64,000 nucleotides of DNA from Magallana gigas (Eukaryota), in contig NC_088855.1 in NCBI RefSeq assembly GCF_963853765.1, positions 51,646,001 through 51,710,000 of the forward strand, in the 5' to 3' direction. The position numbers and the translations under genes were made by a program. Of the stretch, positions 37,826 through 51,047 are shown in pieces. Position 1 is the stretch's first letter. Each line of letters opens with the position of its first letter. The notes beneath the pieces were generated by a model, which ran no database searches, was not told the DNA's origin, and saw nothing but the letters and a program-made list of their open reading frames with translations.

Positions 37826-40736
37826 TTAACAGTGGGTCGGATTTCCTTGTTTGGCATTAGCTGTTATATTTTCGTATTCTTTCGATTGGCATTGAATGGA
37901 TAATTGTGTAGGAATAAGACTTGTTCTCTGCAAATCCAAGTAGTTATTTGTCATTGTCAAAAATCTACCCCCAACCAACGTTGTCATTTGAGATTCTTCA
38001 GTAGCGTTAATAGCATCTTCATAATTGTCTGGAGCCTGAAAAATCAATCCTTTTTAAAATATGTTTCATTGAAAAGATAACAAATACATTAATTGATGCA
38101 GCAACACTTATATAACAGATTTGTGGTTCATTCAATGTGATGAAAAGTTATTTTGAAAATTTTAAAGAATTAAAAACAACCTTTGTTCGAAGGGGCACGA
38201 TGACGTCAAAAACATCACGTCAAAGTGACGCATGCACAATTCATTAAAATTGTAGATTAATAAAATGATAGTAATAATTTGATGTTAAATTAAAAGCTTT
38301 GGCAAAACTCGTATTTTTTTATTGATGCATATATGTTTCTTAGTGGAAAATGCACTCTTTGGAAATTCATTTACAATAAGGCATGGTTTTTTTAATTATC
38401 GCGCCAATTTTTGTTATAATTTTAAAACAACAAACCTTCTGTTCCAGTGCCGACTTTGTTTTTCTGAAAAGAGTTTAAACGAAAAACGTTTTGGTGGTAT
38501 GGGGACAAATTAAAAAAGAAGTTAAAAAGTAAAGCACATTTGACATTTCTAAATGTTACGTGTCAAAATGGTTTTGATAAAAAGCCTAGATTGTAATTTC
38601 CTCGTGTCAATGCTAGAGAACTGTGGAATTTTCAATAATTACAATTTTGCATACATTATATCTAACTGTACTGAAATTTAGATTTATTCATACCTATAAT
38701 GTCTATGGAATAGAAAGCAGACACCCAAGATGACTAGCAATGGTGCACATCCAAGTACTGTAATCATCTTATACATGATTAAAGTATCAGACGATTTTAG
38801 GATCTCTGTAGAATTACTAGTGGGATGAAACACTGCGGTTGTAAAATGCTCTGTTAGGAGGCCTTTCCTGGTTACCTTGGGACTTCTGACTTTTCACGAA
38901 TTAAAAATATATAAATCTATCTCAGTTATGTTATAAATCAATCAACACAAAATAAAATCTACATTTTCTCTATTCTTGAAAATGAAAGATATGCCAATAT
39001 AAGTTCAAAATGTTAAAGAAGAGATATCAGATAGGATTACTCTGTTGATCTCTTTACAATAATAATTATATTTCAGTGCTATTCCGTTAAATTATACCTT
39101 TCGAAGGGTTTTTTTTTAACAAACTAGATGCTGTCAGTTGACAACAATGCACTCAGTTATTTCTTCATACCCGGAAAACATTCAAAACTCCATAATTGAC
39201 ATATTAAAAATATTCAAGAACATGTACAAATTAAACATACAATGTTTAATTAAGTATGGGCCAAGTGTTTTCAATGAGATGGGTACTAAACAGGAGGGCA
39301 GACACAAAAAAATCCACCTCCAATCCCAACATACAATTTTTCAAATGTGAAATATAAGGGCTTGTTGTGAATTATTGCATATTAGTATTTCATGAGTCAT
39401 GATTGAGCAAAATAACATTTAAATGTTTTTTGAATGCAAAACAATCATGGGGTTGTATATTTCGTAACCTTTTATCCAGTAATGGACGTAAAGAGGGTTA
39501 GCTAGTATTAGGCTTTTTCAAATGAAGTAATAAAATAACAATTTGGGGCTCGTCGTCGTCTTGGACCTACGTTGTAATAGTTTTGATTCATTATAGGTAA
39601 TTGAATAATAAACCAAAAGGATATAAAACAATTTTTTGTTAGAGTAAGACTGAGATCTTCGCAATTACCCATAACTTTAAAGAAACTGTCATGAAAGAAT
39701 TTAGCTTATTGATCATTTTTCAATTAGCAGGACCTGACATTTGTTCCTTTTACTTAGAGTTTTTAATTTTACAATATTATGTTGCTTATCGTAATCATAC
39801 GAAAATAAATTGTTTTAAAACTTATAAAGAGTGGACTGTGTTTTAAAAAAGGATTTTTTTTCACCTAATAATCAATATACCTCCTTATAACCGTAAAGAG
39901 AAGCAGAGAGTCCACAATTTTGCAAGAAAACCCCAGTGGATTATTTGTGAACAATGTATACTAGTACTTATTTTAAAGATACACAAGAACATGAGAGTGA
40001 AGACCTATTTTTTGGATAAATAAAACATCTATTTTTTTAAAATATCGACTTCCATTTTTTTATGCATCAAAACTGTTGCTAACTCGCACAAATACATAAG
40101 CCTTTAATGAACCCGTCTTAAAGATTCCATCTTATATGCATGCAAGAGTTGGGTTATTTTAATACGCATTTCTTATCAACGTAAAGATTATTTCATTAAT
40201 ATATTATACACAATAAAAAAATTTTAAGCAAAAAATAAATCGACTTCTTATTTACCAGGAGGTATACTACCTTGATACATAGTCTTTTTAATCTATTACT
40301 AAATTACATTTTGTCATAATCTTTCGTTGATTTTTATCTCCTTGTTCACCCAATGAGGATTTTGGTCAGTAGCAACTATTGTTTTCCGTCCCATTCTGAC
40401 CAGTAAGGGTAAACTCTTCCACGACGAACTCTTTGATTATGTCAAAAGTAACTACACTATCTATATGTCAGAAATATAAATTAACATTAAAGAATAATTT
40501 GAATTATTTAATCTTACCTTCATTGTAGATAATTGAAAGATTTCCCGAGCAGCAGGTCGTAGAATTTCGGTACAACACAACAGAGTCTGAGTTTGTCACG
40601 GTCATGTTGTTCTGTCGTGTATCAGTACATCCGGACCAGTCTACAGTTGTCACATTTACTGCTGTCTCCAAGATGACGTTAGAACATGAACTGCACCAAT
40701 TCACATAAGAACAAATAAATAATTGGAAACTCATCT
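37826..40736 (-). CDS. Locus B5: 6-Cys ectodomain, stalk, TM and long tail with three Tyr motifs (216 aa from the exon ATG)
   Basis: Exons 40736-40518, 38889-38694 (TM MITVLGCAPLLVILGVCFLF), 38463-38436 (KTKSALEQK) and 38035-37826 (DNYEDA, NNYLDL, KEYENI). Phases 1,2,0 match A1 and the spliced frame is open. The 38889 acceptor (AAG) is weak. Confidence 0.7.
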
Positions 40737-42314
40737 CTGAAGGTGAAATAAAAGAATATTTTTATATGATACTAATGATGGCATAACTTTTCATCCTTGT
40801 TGATAAATATATCAAAATCGCAGTGATGTTTCATTTCATTACAATCAAAACAGGATAAAGTCAATTATATCAATATATTTATAATTTTGGAAATAAAAGG
40901 CTGAAAACAACTGGTACTGTTCAATTCTGAATATCCGTTCCATCTCCAATATGTAATATTTTGCAAAATAATTTTTTAAAACCTGTAAATAAAACTTTTT
41001 ATGTCAAGAAATTCGTATCATTTAAGTCTTTTTATTCTATCATTATCGTGTTTCTTAAATTGTATCTTTATATCTACAATTTACTCTTAATTTTTCTTTT
41101 CTTGTCCGTCCAATGAGGATGGTGGTCAGAAACCACTTCTGTTACATCCTCCACACACAATAAGGTTGTAATTTTCCACGATGGACTCTGATTGTATATA
41201 ATCTAGCTCCCAAAACATATGGTTGTGAGCAAACCTTGAAGTTGAAAGGATAAATGAAAATCGTCCATGCGACAAGACGCGTTTTACAGAATTTTGATTG
41301 CGATATGTAAATATGTAATAGGATAAGTTTTTCTGTGTCACTGTTATGCTAGTAGAAATGATATCTGACATCGGACCAAGTTTTAAACCCACCACTGAGC
41401 AATGGGTTGTCTAGTCCTCCTCTGACTATACATTTAAGTTCCTTGGACATCTGTGTTTTGCAACCATTCATAAACAATAAAATAATTTACTTTCCTTTGG
41501 TTAGAATATTCTTTTCCGGATTCTGTTGAAATTATTGAGAACGGAGTGATAGATACTTGCAAAACAATTAGAACTCTCTTTTTGGGCTCTCTGTATTGCA
41601 AAAGGTTTGAATTGTTATTTCATTTTTTTCAAAATTCGTTTGAATGAATTTTACTTAAGTGTGAACGAGTTCTATTTCGTTGGCACGAATTTACAAAACA
41701 GATCTCAGGCATATGCCCTATTATCATAACGATACGTTACTTTCATAAGGGAGAGGTCATAATTGCAATAAGGTACATGTACATCAGTGACACAAAATAT
41801 TGTACATAAAACAATTTACTGTACCATCAAATGTTTCCCTGTTATGTACCTCGTTATTCTTTTCCAGTCGGATTTCAGTATTTTCCCATCTTGTTTGATT
41901 TTTCACCATAATGAACAGCAGAAATATCAATTTCAATTGTATGATTTCCTCGATGGCATCGTTTATTGATGTATTCATGTTTAATTCTGTGGATACACAG
42001 ATCTATCTAAACTTTCAAGAGTTGCATAATCAGCATTCTGGGGGTGTTTTCATTTTGATATTTTTACTTTGATTTGGGTTAATAAATATGGATTATCGAA
42101 AAATCAGTAAATTACATCACAAACACGCTTCCATAAAAATATAAGAAATATATATGCTGCTTCTATAATATCGATAATTAACAAGAAATATACTATACCG
42201 GTTTTACTTTTATTAAAGTGATTCAAACGTGAAAAGTTCTTTAGATATACTTTGCGTGTTTTTAATTTATTTCTATAAAAGTGATTTAAATGTAAAAAAT
42301 TCTTCAAATATATA

Positions 42315-43792
42315 CTAGCGGAAAAAAGAAACTGCGCAATATCTAGTATATGAAAAACATTTTAAAATTACAATTAACAAATTCTATTTTTTGTAATACT
42401 GTTAACACATGTATTCGTAACAACATCTCATAACACATTAATGTCAACGTCGAATAACGTCAATTTCAGCACACTCGAAAGTCACTGTTATTTGAAATTG
42501 AATTAACAAAATTAATAATGCGTGTGACTACCATTTGCGTTCACGCATGCTTGACAGTGACGCCTCATTGATGCCACTAAAGTGTTCAGAAATGCTTGAG
42601 GAATGTTGTTCCAGATGTTGGTTAAAGCCTGGCCTAAATCAGCCAATGTCACTGGCTGATTTTGGTAAACGGCGTAAACGTCTTTCCATTTCTTCCCAGA
42701 CGTGCTCGATCGGCGACAAATCGGGGGAAACAGCTGGCCAAGGCAAGACATCGACATCCTGTTGAACAAACAAGTCCCTGACTACACGTGCATCGTGTGG
42801 CCTTGCGTTGTCTTGCTGCAGAGTGATGTGATTTTGATGTCTCTGTATGAAGGGTATCACATGACGTTGAATAATTTCACAACGATAGCGTACGCCGGAG
42901 AGATTTCCACTGACAATTTGTAGAAGGGGTCTTTCCAAGTGCTGATATTTCACCCCACACCATAACGCTACCTCCACCAAATTGTCGATGTTGCACAACA
43001 CAAGCGGTCTGGTAACGCTCCCCAACGCAACGACACACCCTACAATGGCTGTTACTGCTATCCAAATGAAATCTGGATTCATCAGTGAACAGAATATTGG
43101 CCCAGTCCTGTATTCTGAATCGCAGATGTCGTGTGCACCACGCTAGTCTGGCGATACGATGACGTTGAAGCAGTACTGCGCGCTCTGCTGGACGTCTAGG
43201 TCTGATGTTTTGCTCGCGCAGACGATTACGCACAGTTCTTGGACCTATTGGTGGAAGCCCTGGAATGCTACGGGCCGTCAAACTTGCTGTCTGGGAACGA
43301 TTTCTCAGATGCACAAGTCTAATGTGGTGGTCCTGTTGACGTGACGTCACACGAGGTCGCCCAGAGCGCGGTCGATCCTGAGTGTTGCCAGATTATTGAA
43401 AACGTCTCCATAATGACTGGATGGTGTTCCGATGAACTCCCAAGTGTCTTGCTACAGTATTTTGTGCCATTCCAGCTTGCAGCATCCCAACAGCACGATT
43501 ACGTTGGTTTTCGTTGAGTCGTGGCATGGCATAGGGGTGAAACTAAAGTGATTTCCTGAACAAAAAAAGTTTAAACAAATTCTCCGTATTTGCCTGTAAA
43601 ACTCGTGCGTACAAATTCTTCAATAAACAACAGGTGCTCACTAACCATGAAAAAGTCCGTGCACCCGGACGGTTACCATCCGATATTGTCAAAAACATTA
43701 CCATTATCGATTGTTTAAATTCATAAATACAAACAATAGATATAGAAAAATTATACTAAATTTTATAATGCACAGTTTCTTTATTCCGCTAG
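42315..43792 (-). mobile_element. Tc1-family (DD34E) DNA transposon, defective copy 2, inverted relative to copy 1
   Basis: TA at 42313-42314 and 43793-43794; same TIRs as copy 1. Transposase MPRLNENQRNRAVGMLQAG... has a nonsense codon (FQ*SG) and frameshifts. Confidence 0.92.
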
Positions 43793-45343
43793 TATACTTC
43801 GCTTTAACACAGAACAAGCTGTTGAAAACACATCGACACAGTTTTAAAATGTGTCTATTAAATAATACAAAGCCATTAGAAAAGATTACTAATAAAAAAG
43901 CTCTTGCACAAATGAAAAAAAAAATGTTCAAATTTGTCTCACAACCTTCATTTGATTTTAAAATTATTGTGCCTGTTCCGCTTTGTAACGTCCTTGTTTT
44001 GATTTTTTTTTTGCGCATAAATTTTCAATTATTGCCGTATTGATGAAAATAGCCAAATTTAATTAAGTATTTGATAACTGAATTTATCCATACAGTTTTC
44101 TAGCCTGCAGACCACCGCTTCCCGATGAATCGTGGGTTTGTTCAGACCTTTACGAAACGTTTACATTCTCATTTCTACATAGATTCCATAGATACCAAAC
44201 ACCAGAGATCTTCCAATAGCTTTTTCCCTATTCAGATACAACCAAACAACTACGATCAATGGGCTTAATGGTCCTCACATGGAACCTAATTTTTAAGAAA
44301 AAACTCAGGGTACATGTATATTTTGCACGTATAACCTATGGCAATCAAGCTGATATCCTTCAGTTCATTCTTCCAGTTAACATGTTCAGTTATCTTTATT
44401 AACCTCTGTATATCTAGGTATGAAAAGCACTTTTAATACTTGTACTTGCTAACATTCATATCGACCAAGCCCTCATTGCTTAATATAAAGTCTTAACACA
44501 TAAAACCAGGCGCTTGGCATCTCAAACAATTTCAGACATTGGTCATGGTGAAGTAAATAAAATGACGTTAAGAAAAAAAGCTATGACAAAAGTATTCTAA
44601 TTTCTTTTCTCGTATATATAAATTCTATAAATTTTAACAATGTGGCTGATTTAATATCTTTAACTTGTTCCTGTTTTGTCAAACAATTTCGATCCTCAGC
44701 TGCGATTTTAAATAATTTTGCACATGTTGTAATAATATGGATAGCTTTTCTCTGCGTATATTTTCCTGGCGGCAATTCATTATCACTGTAATAATTCTTT
44801 TTTGAATTCATTACTAAGTTATAAAATAGTAACGACGATTTTCATGCTAAGCGCGTTTGTGGGTACATAAAATACTTCTCTGCTAAATGGTCATTTTGAT
44901 TGATTGTGTATATGCAAATTAAAAAGGTCTTCACCATCATCTGATAACGTCCCAACCTAGGCAAGGCGTTAACAAGTAAATCGTAGAAGATTACCATCAG
45001 TTAAAGATACAAATAATTTATTTGATTTTTAAGATATTTAATTGAATTTTCAAAAGATTTCAGAAACAATGTTCATGAAACCGTTAGGAGAAGAGGAATG
45101 TGGTGGGTGGCACCGGATGGTAGAGATTTCTGTAAGGCCATATGTAATAATCAGTAAAAATCATTCAAGCTGTAGTACTAATTAAAAGTTAAGAATTGTA
45201 ATTTTCATAAGCAATTTTTATTAGTCGATTTCAGTCATCGCATTGCATTGAATAAATTACAAAAACAAGATGGATATTAAAAGATGAAAGTGAATAACAA
45301 TTCTTAATATAATTGAAAATGAAAATTCCAAGAGAAAAGTTGG

Positions 45344-46033
45344 TCAAATCCTCCATAATTGATGATGAAATGTCCTCAAAAACTTCAAAAAAATATGAAC
45401 CAAACATAAGATGGCCACCATACATGACAATACTATAGTAGCGATTAAAAGGCTGGAATACGAGTTTTTAAATTTTCTCATATGCTTCTCCATATTCGTC
45501 GTATTTTGGGTCCAATCATTGATGTCTTTTGATTTCTGTTCTAACAAACATTGTATTTCATTATAATGCATAAAAAGCAAAACATAACGCTAAACATAAC
45601 AATGGTATTTTACTGAACAGAATGTCGTTGTAACAAGGCCACTCGGTTAGTTAACTATTTAATTAAGGCAGATCCAGCCTTTTGTAACACATCGTTCTGA
45701 AATAATCTTTAAAAAATGGTCCAAAACATTAATCTTGTATGCTTGTTCGCTCTTAGAAATAAATAAATAAATATTATTAGCTTACTTGATTTTTTAAATA
45801 AAATTTACCAGCATTGTAGTGGACTGTGAGATTTCCCGAGCAGCAGGTCGTTGAATTTCTGTACAACACAACAGAGTCTGAGTTTGTCACTGCCATGTTG
45901 TTTTTTCTTGTATCTGTACAACCGGACCAGTCTACAGTTGACACATTCACTGATGTCTCTATTTTGACGTTAGAACATGAACTGCACCAGTTCACGTAAG
46001 AACAAAAAAATATCTGAAAGCTGAATTCCATAA
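45344..46033 (-). CDS. Locus B6: 6-Cys ectodomain, stalk, TM and short tail (139 aa from the exon ATG)
   Basis: Exon 46033-45809 splices in phase 1 to 45540-45344 (EQKSKDIND...KNSYSSLLIATIVLSCMVAILCLVHIFLKFLRTFHHQLWRI*). Confidence 0.82.
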
Positions 46034-46658
46034 CTCAACAATGAGAAATTTTACGATTTCATGTACATATATTATTATAAACCCGGAAGCAAGGTAATAT
46101 CAGGACATAATTAATTATATCGCCTTTAATTTGATGGGATTACATTTTATTGAATATGCTTGTGTTTGTTTGGAGTATATAATTGTTGACAATTGTAAAC
46201 AAGGCTCATGTCATACTTTCGTTTGCATTGGTTAATTATACCGTAAAACTCTTTTTTAAGGTTTTGAACATAAATAAACAGTTCCTAGCAGCGTTTAACA
46301 CATATATTTTAGATAAAACCCTAGAATTTTCTTTTCAAAATTTGAAATGTAAACAAAACATGACATTAGCTTTGTTTGCATAACAAAAAATTGTGAGCTC
46401 TGTTTTTCGCTTATTACTCGACATTTGACAGTCTAAGGATGACTTAAACTAAGGAGATTTAAGAATTGTGACAAAATAAACGTTTAAAATGGGCATAGTT
46501 CTTTTAATTGTAGAAATTGCCAATGCCGTAACTGCAAATTAATGTAATCACATTAAAAAAAAGTTCATATTAACGAAGAACGAAATCGTTTACATATAAA
46601 GGGATCACATTTTCTTAGGCTATACAGGATAATTAGGACTCCCACATTTTTTATAGAC

Positions 46659-47162
46659 TTAAAGGGGCATGGTCACGAATTTTGTTAAAATTATTTTTCT
46701 ATTTATAGTAGTATGTTTAAAATGCTTCAGTATAGCATTTTTAAAAGGCAGCTAAAATTTGAGTGTCATTTGTTCAGTTATAAGCGAGTTACAGAGCTTA
46801 CCATTCTTCGCTATGTAAACACAGCTTTTGTTTACATTTTGAATGTTGGAGTGAAAATTCCAGTTTTAGACCTAAAATGAATGTGTTAAACATTAGGAAC
46901 TGTTTATTTCTGCTTAAAATGAAAAAGAAGATAGACAATCGGCTTGAAAAAAAGATTATTTACTGGTATATTGAATCTATGTAAACAAAAACAGGGCACG
47001 AGCCTTGTTTACATGACAAAGAATTCTGAGCCCTGTATCTTGCTTATAACTCAACGATTGACTCTCAATTTATATTTTATCATTAGCAATGGATTCCTAA
47101 AGCATTGTAAATAAAAAAAAATAAAATAGAATTTGACCAAAATCGTGACCATGCCCCTTTAA
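46659..47162. mobile_element. TTAA-bounded non-autonomous TIR element (Kolobok/Crypton-like MITE)
   Basis: Perfect 20 bp terminal inverted match ttaaaggggcatggtcacga ... tcgtgaccatgcccctttaa; no ORF. Confidence 0.85.
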
Positions 47163-47433
47163 TACAAAGTTATCTCATGGTTGTCTATTTTTCTCCTTTT
47201 GATGGTATTTGTATATTTATGTACATAAAATCGTATGTTAAAAGGACATCAATAGATGGATGATAGATGGTAGGGGATTTTTTTAATATAAGAAATATGT
47301 CTTATAAGAAGACTTCTTCCTTCTTTATTACGATGTACTTTAATTTACCATCTGTCATCCGGAATTGGAAGTGTTACACACAGACAGAATAATAGACATT
47401 AAAAGATCAATTCCATGTAAGAATCAAAATTCG

Positions 47434-48595
47434 CTGGCCACGCATAGTCACGGATTTTCTTCATACAATTTTATAGACTTTTGTGAGAAAAAAAGCCTAA
47501 CACCATTTGTTTGTTGCTATGTGGTCATGTTGCCGTGGTAACCAAGGGTAAAGTTGTAAAAATGGCATTTTAACGCTTATTTGAGAACATATTGTGAGTA
47601 ATGTGCAGAACTTGGGGTTTCCAGGGTAGAACATATTATCGAAAATAGTTGTCATTTTTCAAAAGAAAGAAAAAAAATCATGGAGAAACGCATATTTTTA
47701 AAGCGTTTCCATGGTTACTTAACAGAAATTTTAAAATCTGTTTTCTTCATCTAAATTGAATAAACAGTGCAAATCTTGGATTTTTTGGTAAACACTTTTA
47801 TGATTGTGCCATTGAAAATTTAAATATGAAAATTGAGAACCGTTGCTGTGGTAACAAGCTTTAAAAAAAAGGAAAGTTATAAACTTTTTAGGCATTTTTA
47901 AATGGATATTAGTCACATATAATGAATAAATATATAAAATCAAACGGTGAAAAAAAAAAGTATGTCCTCAACTTTAATGACTTGAAAAAAATCTTAAATT
48001 TTCTAAAAATAACTGCCGTTGCTATGGACTTTTCAAAAATTAAGAATTTCTGTGTGATTTTTTACGCAACCTAATTTTCCTTGGCAACAACACTTCTCTG
48101 TTGCATATCCTAGCCTTTTGTGGTGTATAATGAAAATTTAGATATATATTTATACAACTATAACAATTGCAAATACATTCTAAAATCAGGAACGAAAGCA
48201 TGTCAAAATCATCTTTAATTTCTCAGTTTTTCTTAATTTTTGGCCTTGTTGCCATAGCAACGGATGTCATTTCCGCTTATTAAAAAGCCGCAGAAAACCG
48301 ATTTCAAAAATTTGTAACGGTTTCCATGGTAACATTTTAAAAGTATTGGTTTCTCCATCAATTTTCTTATATAATTTATGACTTGAAAATAGGACAACTG
48401 CTGTTTTATGTGTTTGATAGTTCACATTAGTGGGCAAAACCTTCTAATATGGCTTCAAAATAGGTAAGTTTTGCTATTTTCCCATCTTTAGCCTCAATCA
48501 TTATGGCAACGGTTACCCCCAGCAACCAATTTTTAAAGGTTTTTTTTACGTTTATGTATAAAATATCAGGAAAATTGGTGACTGTGCATGGCCAG
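47434..48595. mobile_element. ~1.16 kb non-autonomous TIR element carrying multiple GTTGCCATGGTAAC-like palindromes
   Basis: Left ctggccacgcatagtcac matches the reverse complement of the right end, ctggccatgcacagtcac; no ORF. Confidence 0.7.
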
Positions 48596-48703
48596 ACCCT
48601 TTTATAAATCATTGATTCTTACATTGAATTAATCTTAAAATCACATGCATCAAAACCACTTTTCAAATACTTTATTTCAATAGTGGTTTAATGAAACGTA
48701 TTC

Positions 48704-49646
48704 TTAACCACTGAGTTCGCAAAATGGCCGTTGTTTACTTAATAGGTCTCGTTATCACCTGAATTTTTTAGACCAACAACAAAGTAAAATTGATTTAGCA
48801 GACATATATGATACTTTGAATTATCTCCATAGGAGTGAAATAATCATAGAATTTTCTTGGTTTAGTGATGTATAGCTTGGTATTGAATAAAAAGGAAGAC
48901 TACTCGAAATGTAAACAACTATTTCTAGGTCACGAAAAATTCGGGTTTCTTTTTTTGACCTTTTTCCTTGTGTAATCAATACTTTTGCTATGTTTTTAAT
49001 GATATAAATGTCTCAATGTTATGTATGCCCAAAATTGTGTTGATATTGTGTTCCTTTCAATCTAATTGGACAACAAATTTGTGTTATCTTTTTTTGACAA
49101 ACTATCGGCGATTTGTAAAGTGACGAACAACGACTGATGAGCAGCGGTCTGATTACGGTTTTATTCAACAAAATAGACTCTGATCTTGCAGTAAATTAAA
49201 GCTTTTCGATTCTTAAAAGCATGTTTTCTGTTATTTCTTGGGACTCTAAATCGGCATTCGGTCATCAAGCGGTGCCCTTTTTCAACAACTTTTACTTCGA
49301 GTTACAATTTTTAGCATTATTCCGGTCTTTAGTATTTTAAACTTTACCTCACAGTTTTTGCTGTATATTCCAATCCTCCCGTTTAAAAACATTAAAAAAT
49401 CAAACATCTTACATCTGTATGACGATTTGTTTCTATCTTCCCCTATTTTTTCTCCGGTTTTGGTGCCATGTTGGTTTGCAGACGATAATTGTTGTCCAAA
49501 GGGGAATAACTCAAAAAATAACATCGGCGAAAGCAGTAAAAAAGTCGAAGAATTTGATTCTGGTTATCGTAGAAAATAAGCATTATTTTCTTTTTAAATT
49601 GACCTTACAGAAAAAAACCTGTTACGGCGGCCATTTTGCGAACTCA
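48704..49646. mobile_element. Non-autonomous TIR element whose right terminus runs into the gap
   Basis: Perfect 19 bp inverted match tgagttcgcaaaatggccg (48712-48730) and cggccattttgcgaactca (49628-49646); left end begins ttaacc. Confidence 0.72.
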
Positions 49647-49796
49647 NNNNNNNNNNNNNNNNNNNNNNNNNNNNNNNNNNNNNNNNNNNNNNNNNNNNNN
49701 NNNNNNNNNNNNNNNNNNNNNNNNNNNNNNNNNNNNNNNNNNNNNNNNNNNNNNNNNNNNNNNNNNNNNNNNNNNNNNNNNNNNNNNNNNNNNNNN
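49647..49796. other. Assembly gap (N run)
   Basis: 150 consecutive N. Confidence 0.99.
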
Positions 49797-50360
49797 TCCT
49801 GGCAAGTTACAAATTGTTCATACAACTTGATATATCTGTAGAAAGAGAATAACAAAGAAAAAATATGAAAACAATTTTATGTGCATGTAAATCTGCAAGA
49901 ATTGGATGTTTTTCTGCACACCAGTGTAAATCCTAACATTTGTGTAGTTATTTTATAGTCTCTGTTATTATTACCGTAAAATATGCAGGTCTACTAAAAT
50001 ACCTTAATTGTGTTCTTGAAAATAGAAATGTGTTGAAGAATTTGTTCACTATATAACCAATATAACATCTGTCAACTAATAGGATATAAATATATATGGT
50101 CATGTTTGTAAATCATTCGTGCAAATTGGAGAGTCTATATCCGTCATTTGATGACGTATCAACCAAGATGATGCCTTAAAGAAAATATGATAAACGATAA
50201 GCTCCAACTTAATATTCAAATATTTTATAGCAAATAACTTAAAGAAGTGATGATAAAAGATTAATCGAAATTTTCCATTCGTGGGATTTTTTTTCGAAGG
50301 CGTTAATATCAAACCATTTGGAATGATGCAAATTGGATAGTGGAAGTCTGTGATGGGACC

Positions 50361-50466
50361 AATCTAATTAAAATTAGATGTTTGATCCGCTCGCTTACTC
50401 GCTACACAAACAGATGTTTGTGTAGCGAGTAAGCGAGCGGATCAAACATCTAATTTTAATTAGATT
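50361..50466. mobile_element. Perfect 106 bp palindromic insertion flanked by a 9-11 bp direct repeat
   Basis: Two 52 bp arms are exact reverse complements around a GA spacer; gtgatgggacc lies at 50350-50360 and 50467-50477. Confidence 0.85.
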
Positions 50467-51047
50467 GTGATGGGACCTTTGTAGTAATCCAAAAAAAATT
50501 CAAGTATATAAGAATACATGAATTGGATCAAACAGCAGACACAATGCCTATACATGTTCTCTCCTATAGCCAAGGTATAATATTTATATAAAATTTTACA
50601 CAGAATGTATTATTTTTGTCATACATTCAATTTTTATAATAGGTCAATAATATAGAAAGCATTGGAGAAGAAACAATACAAGGGAAAAAAACTAGAAAAA
50701 AGAAAACGGGGAAAAATAATAATTGAAATAGATAAGAATCATCAAATAATGATAATAAAGTGTACAGATTAATTACTAGTCTTAGAGAAAAATAGCTGTT
50801 GAGTAGAAGAAATTTGAAAATATCAATGACAAAAAATGATACAAGTAATTAACAGATGAGTGTTAAAACAACAGTTACTATAAATCAAACAAAAAACTTA
50901 GCAAATTCCTGGTGAAGGAATAATCTTAAAAATAAATCGGATATGTAAATTATCACAATAACGCATGTACCTTTTCCCGACGTTAGATTAAGTGAGTTAT
51001 GGTGGATTGTCAAAATCAGAATTTTAAAAAAACCCACATCTCTCTAC

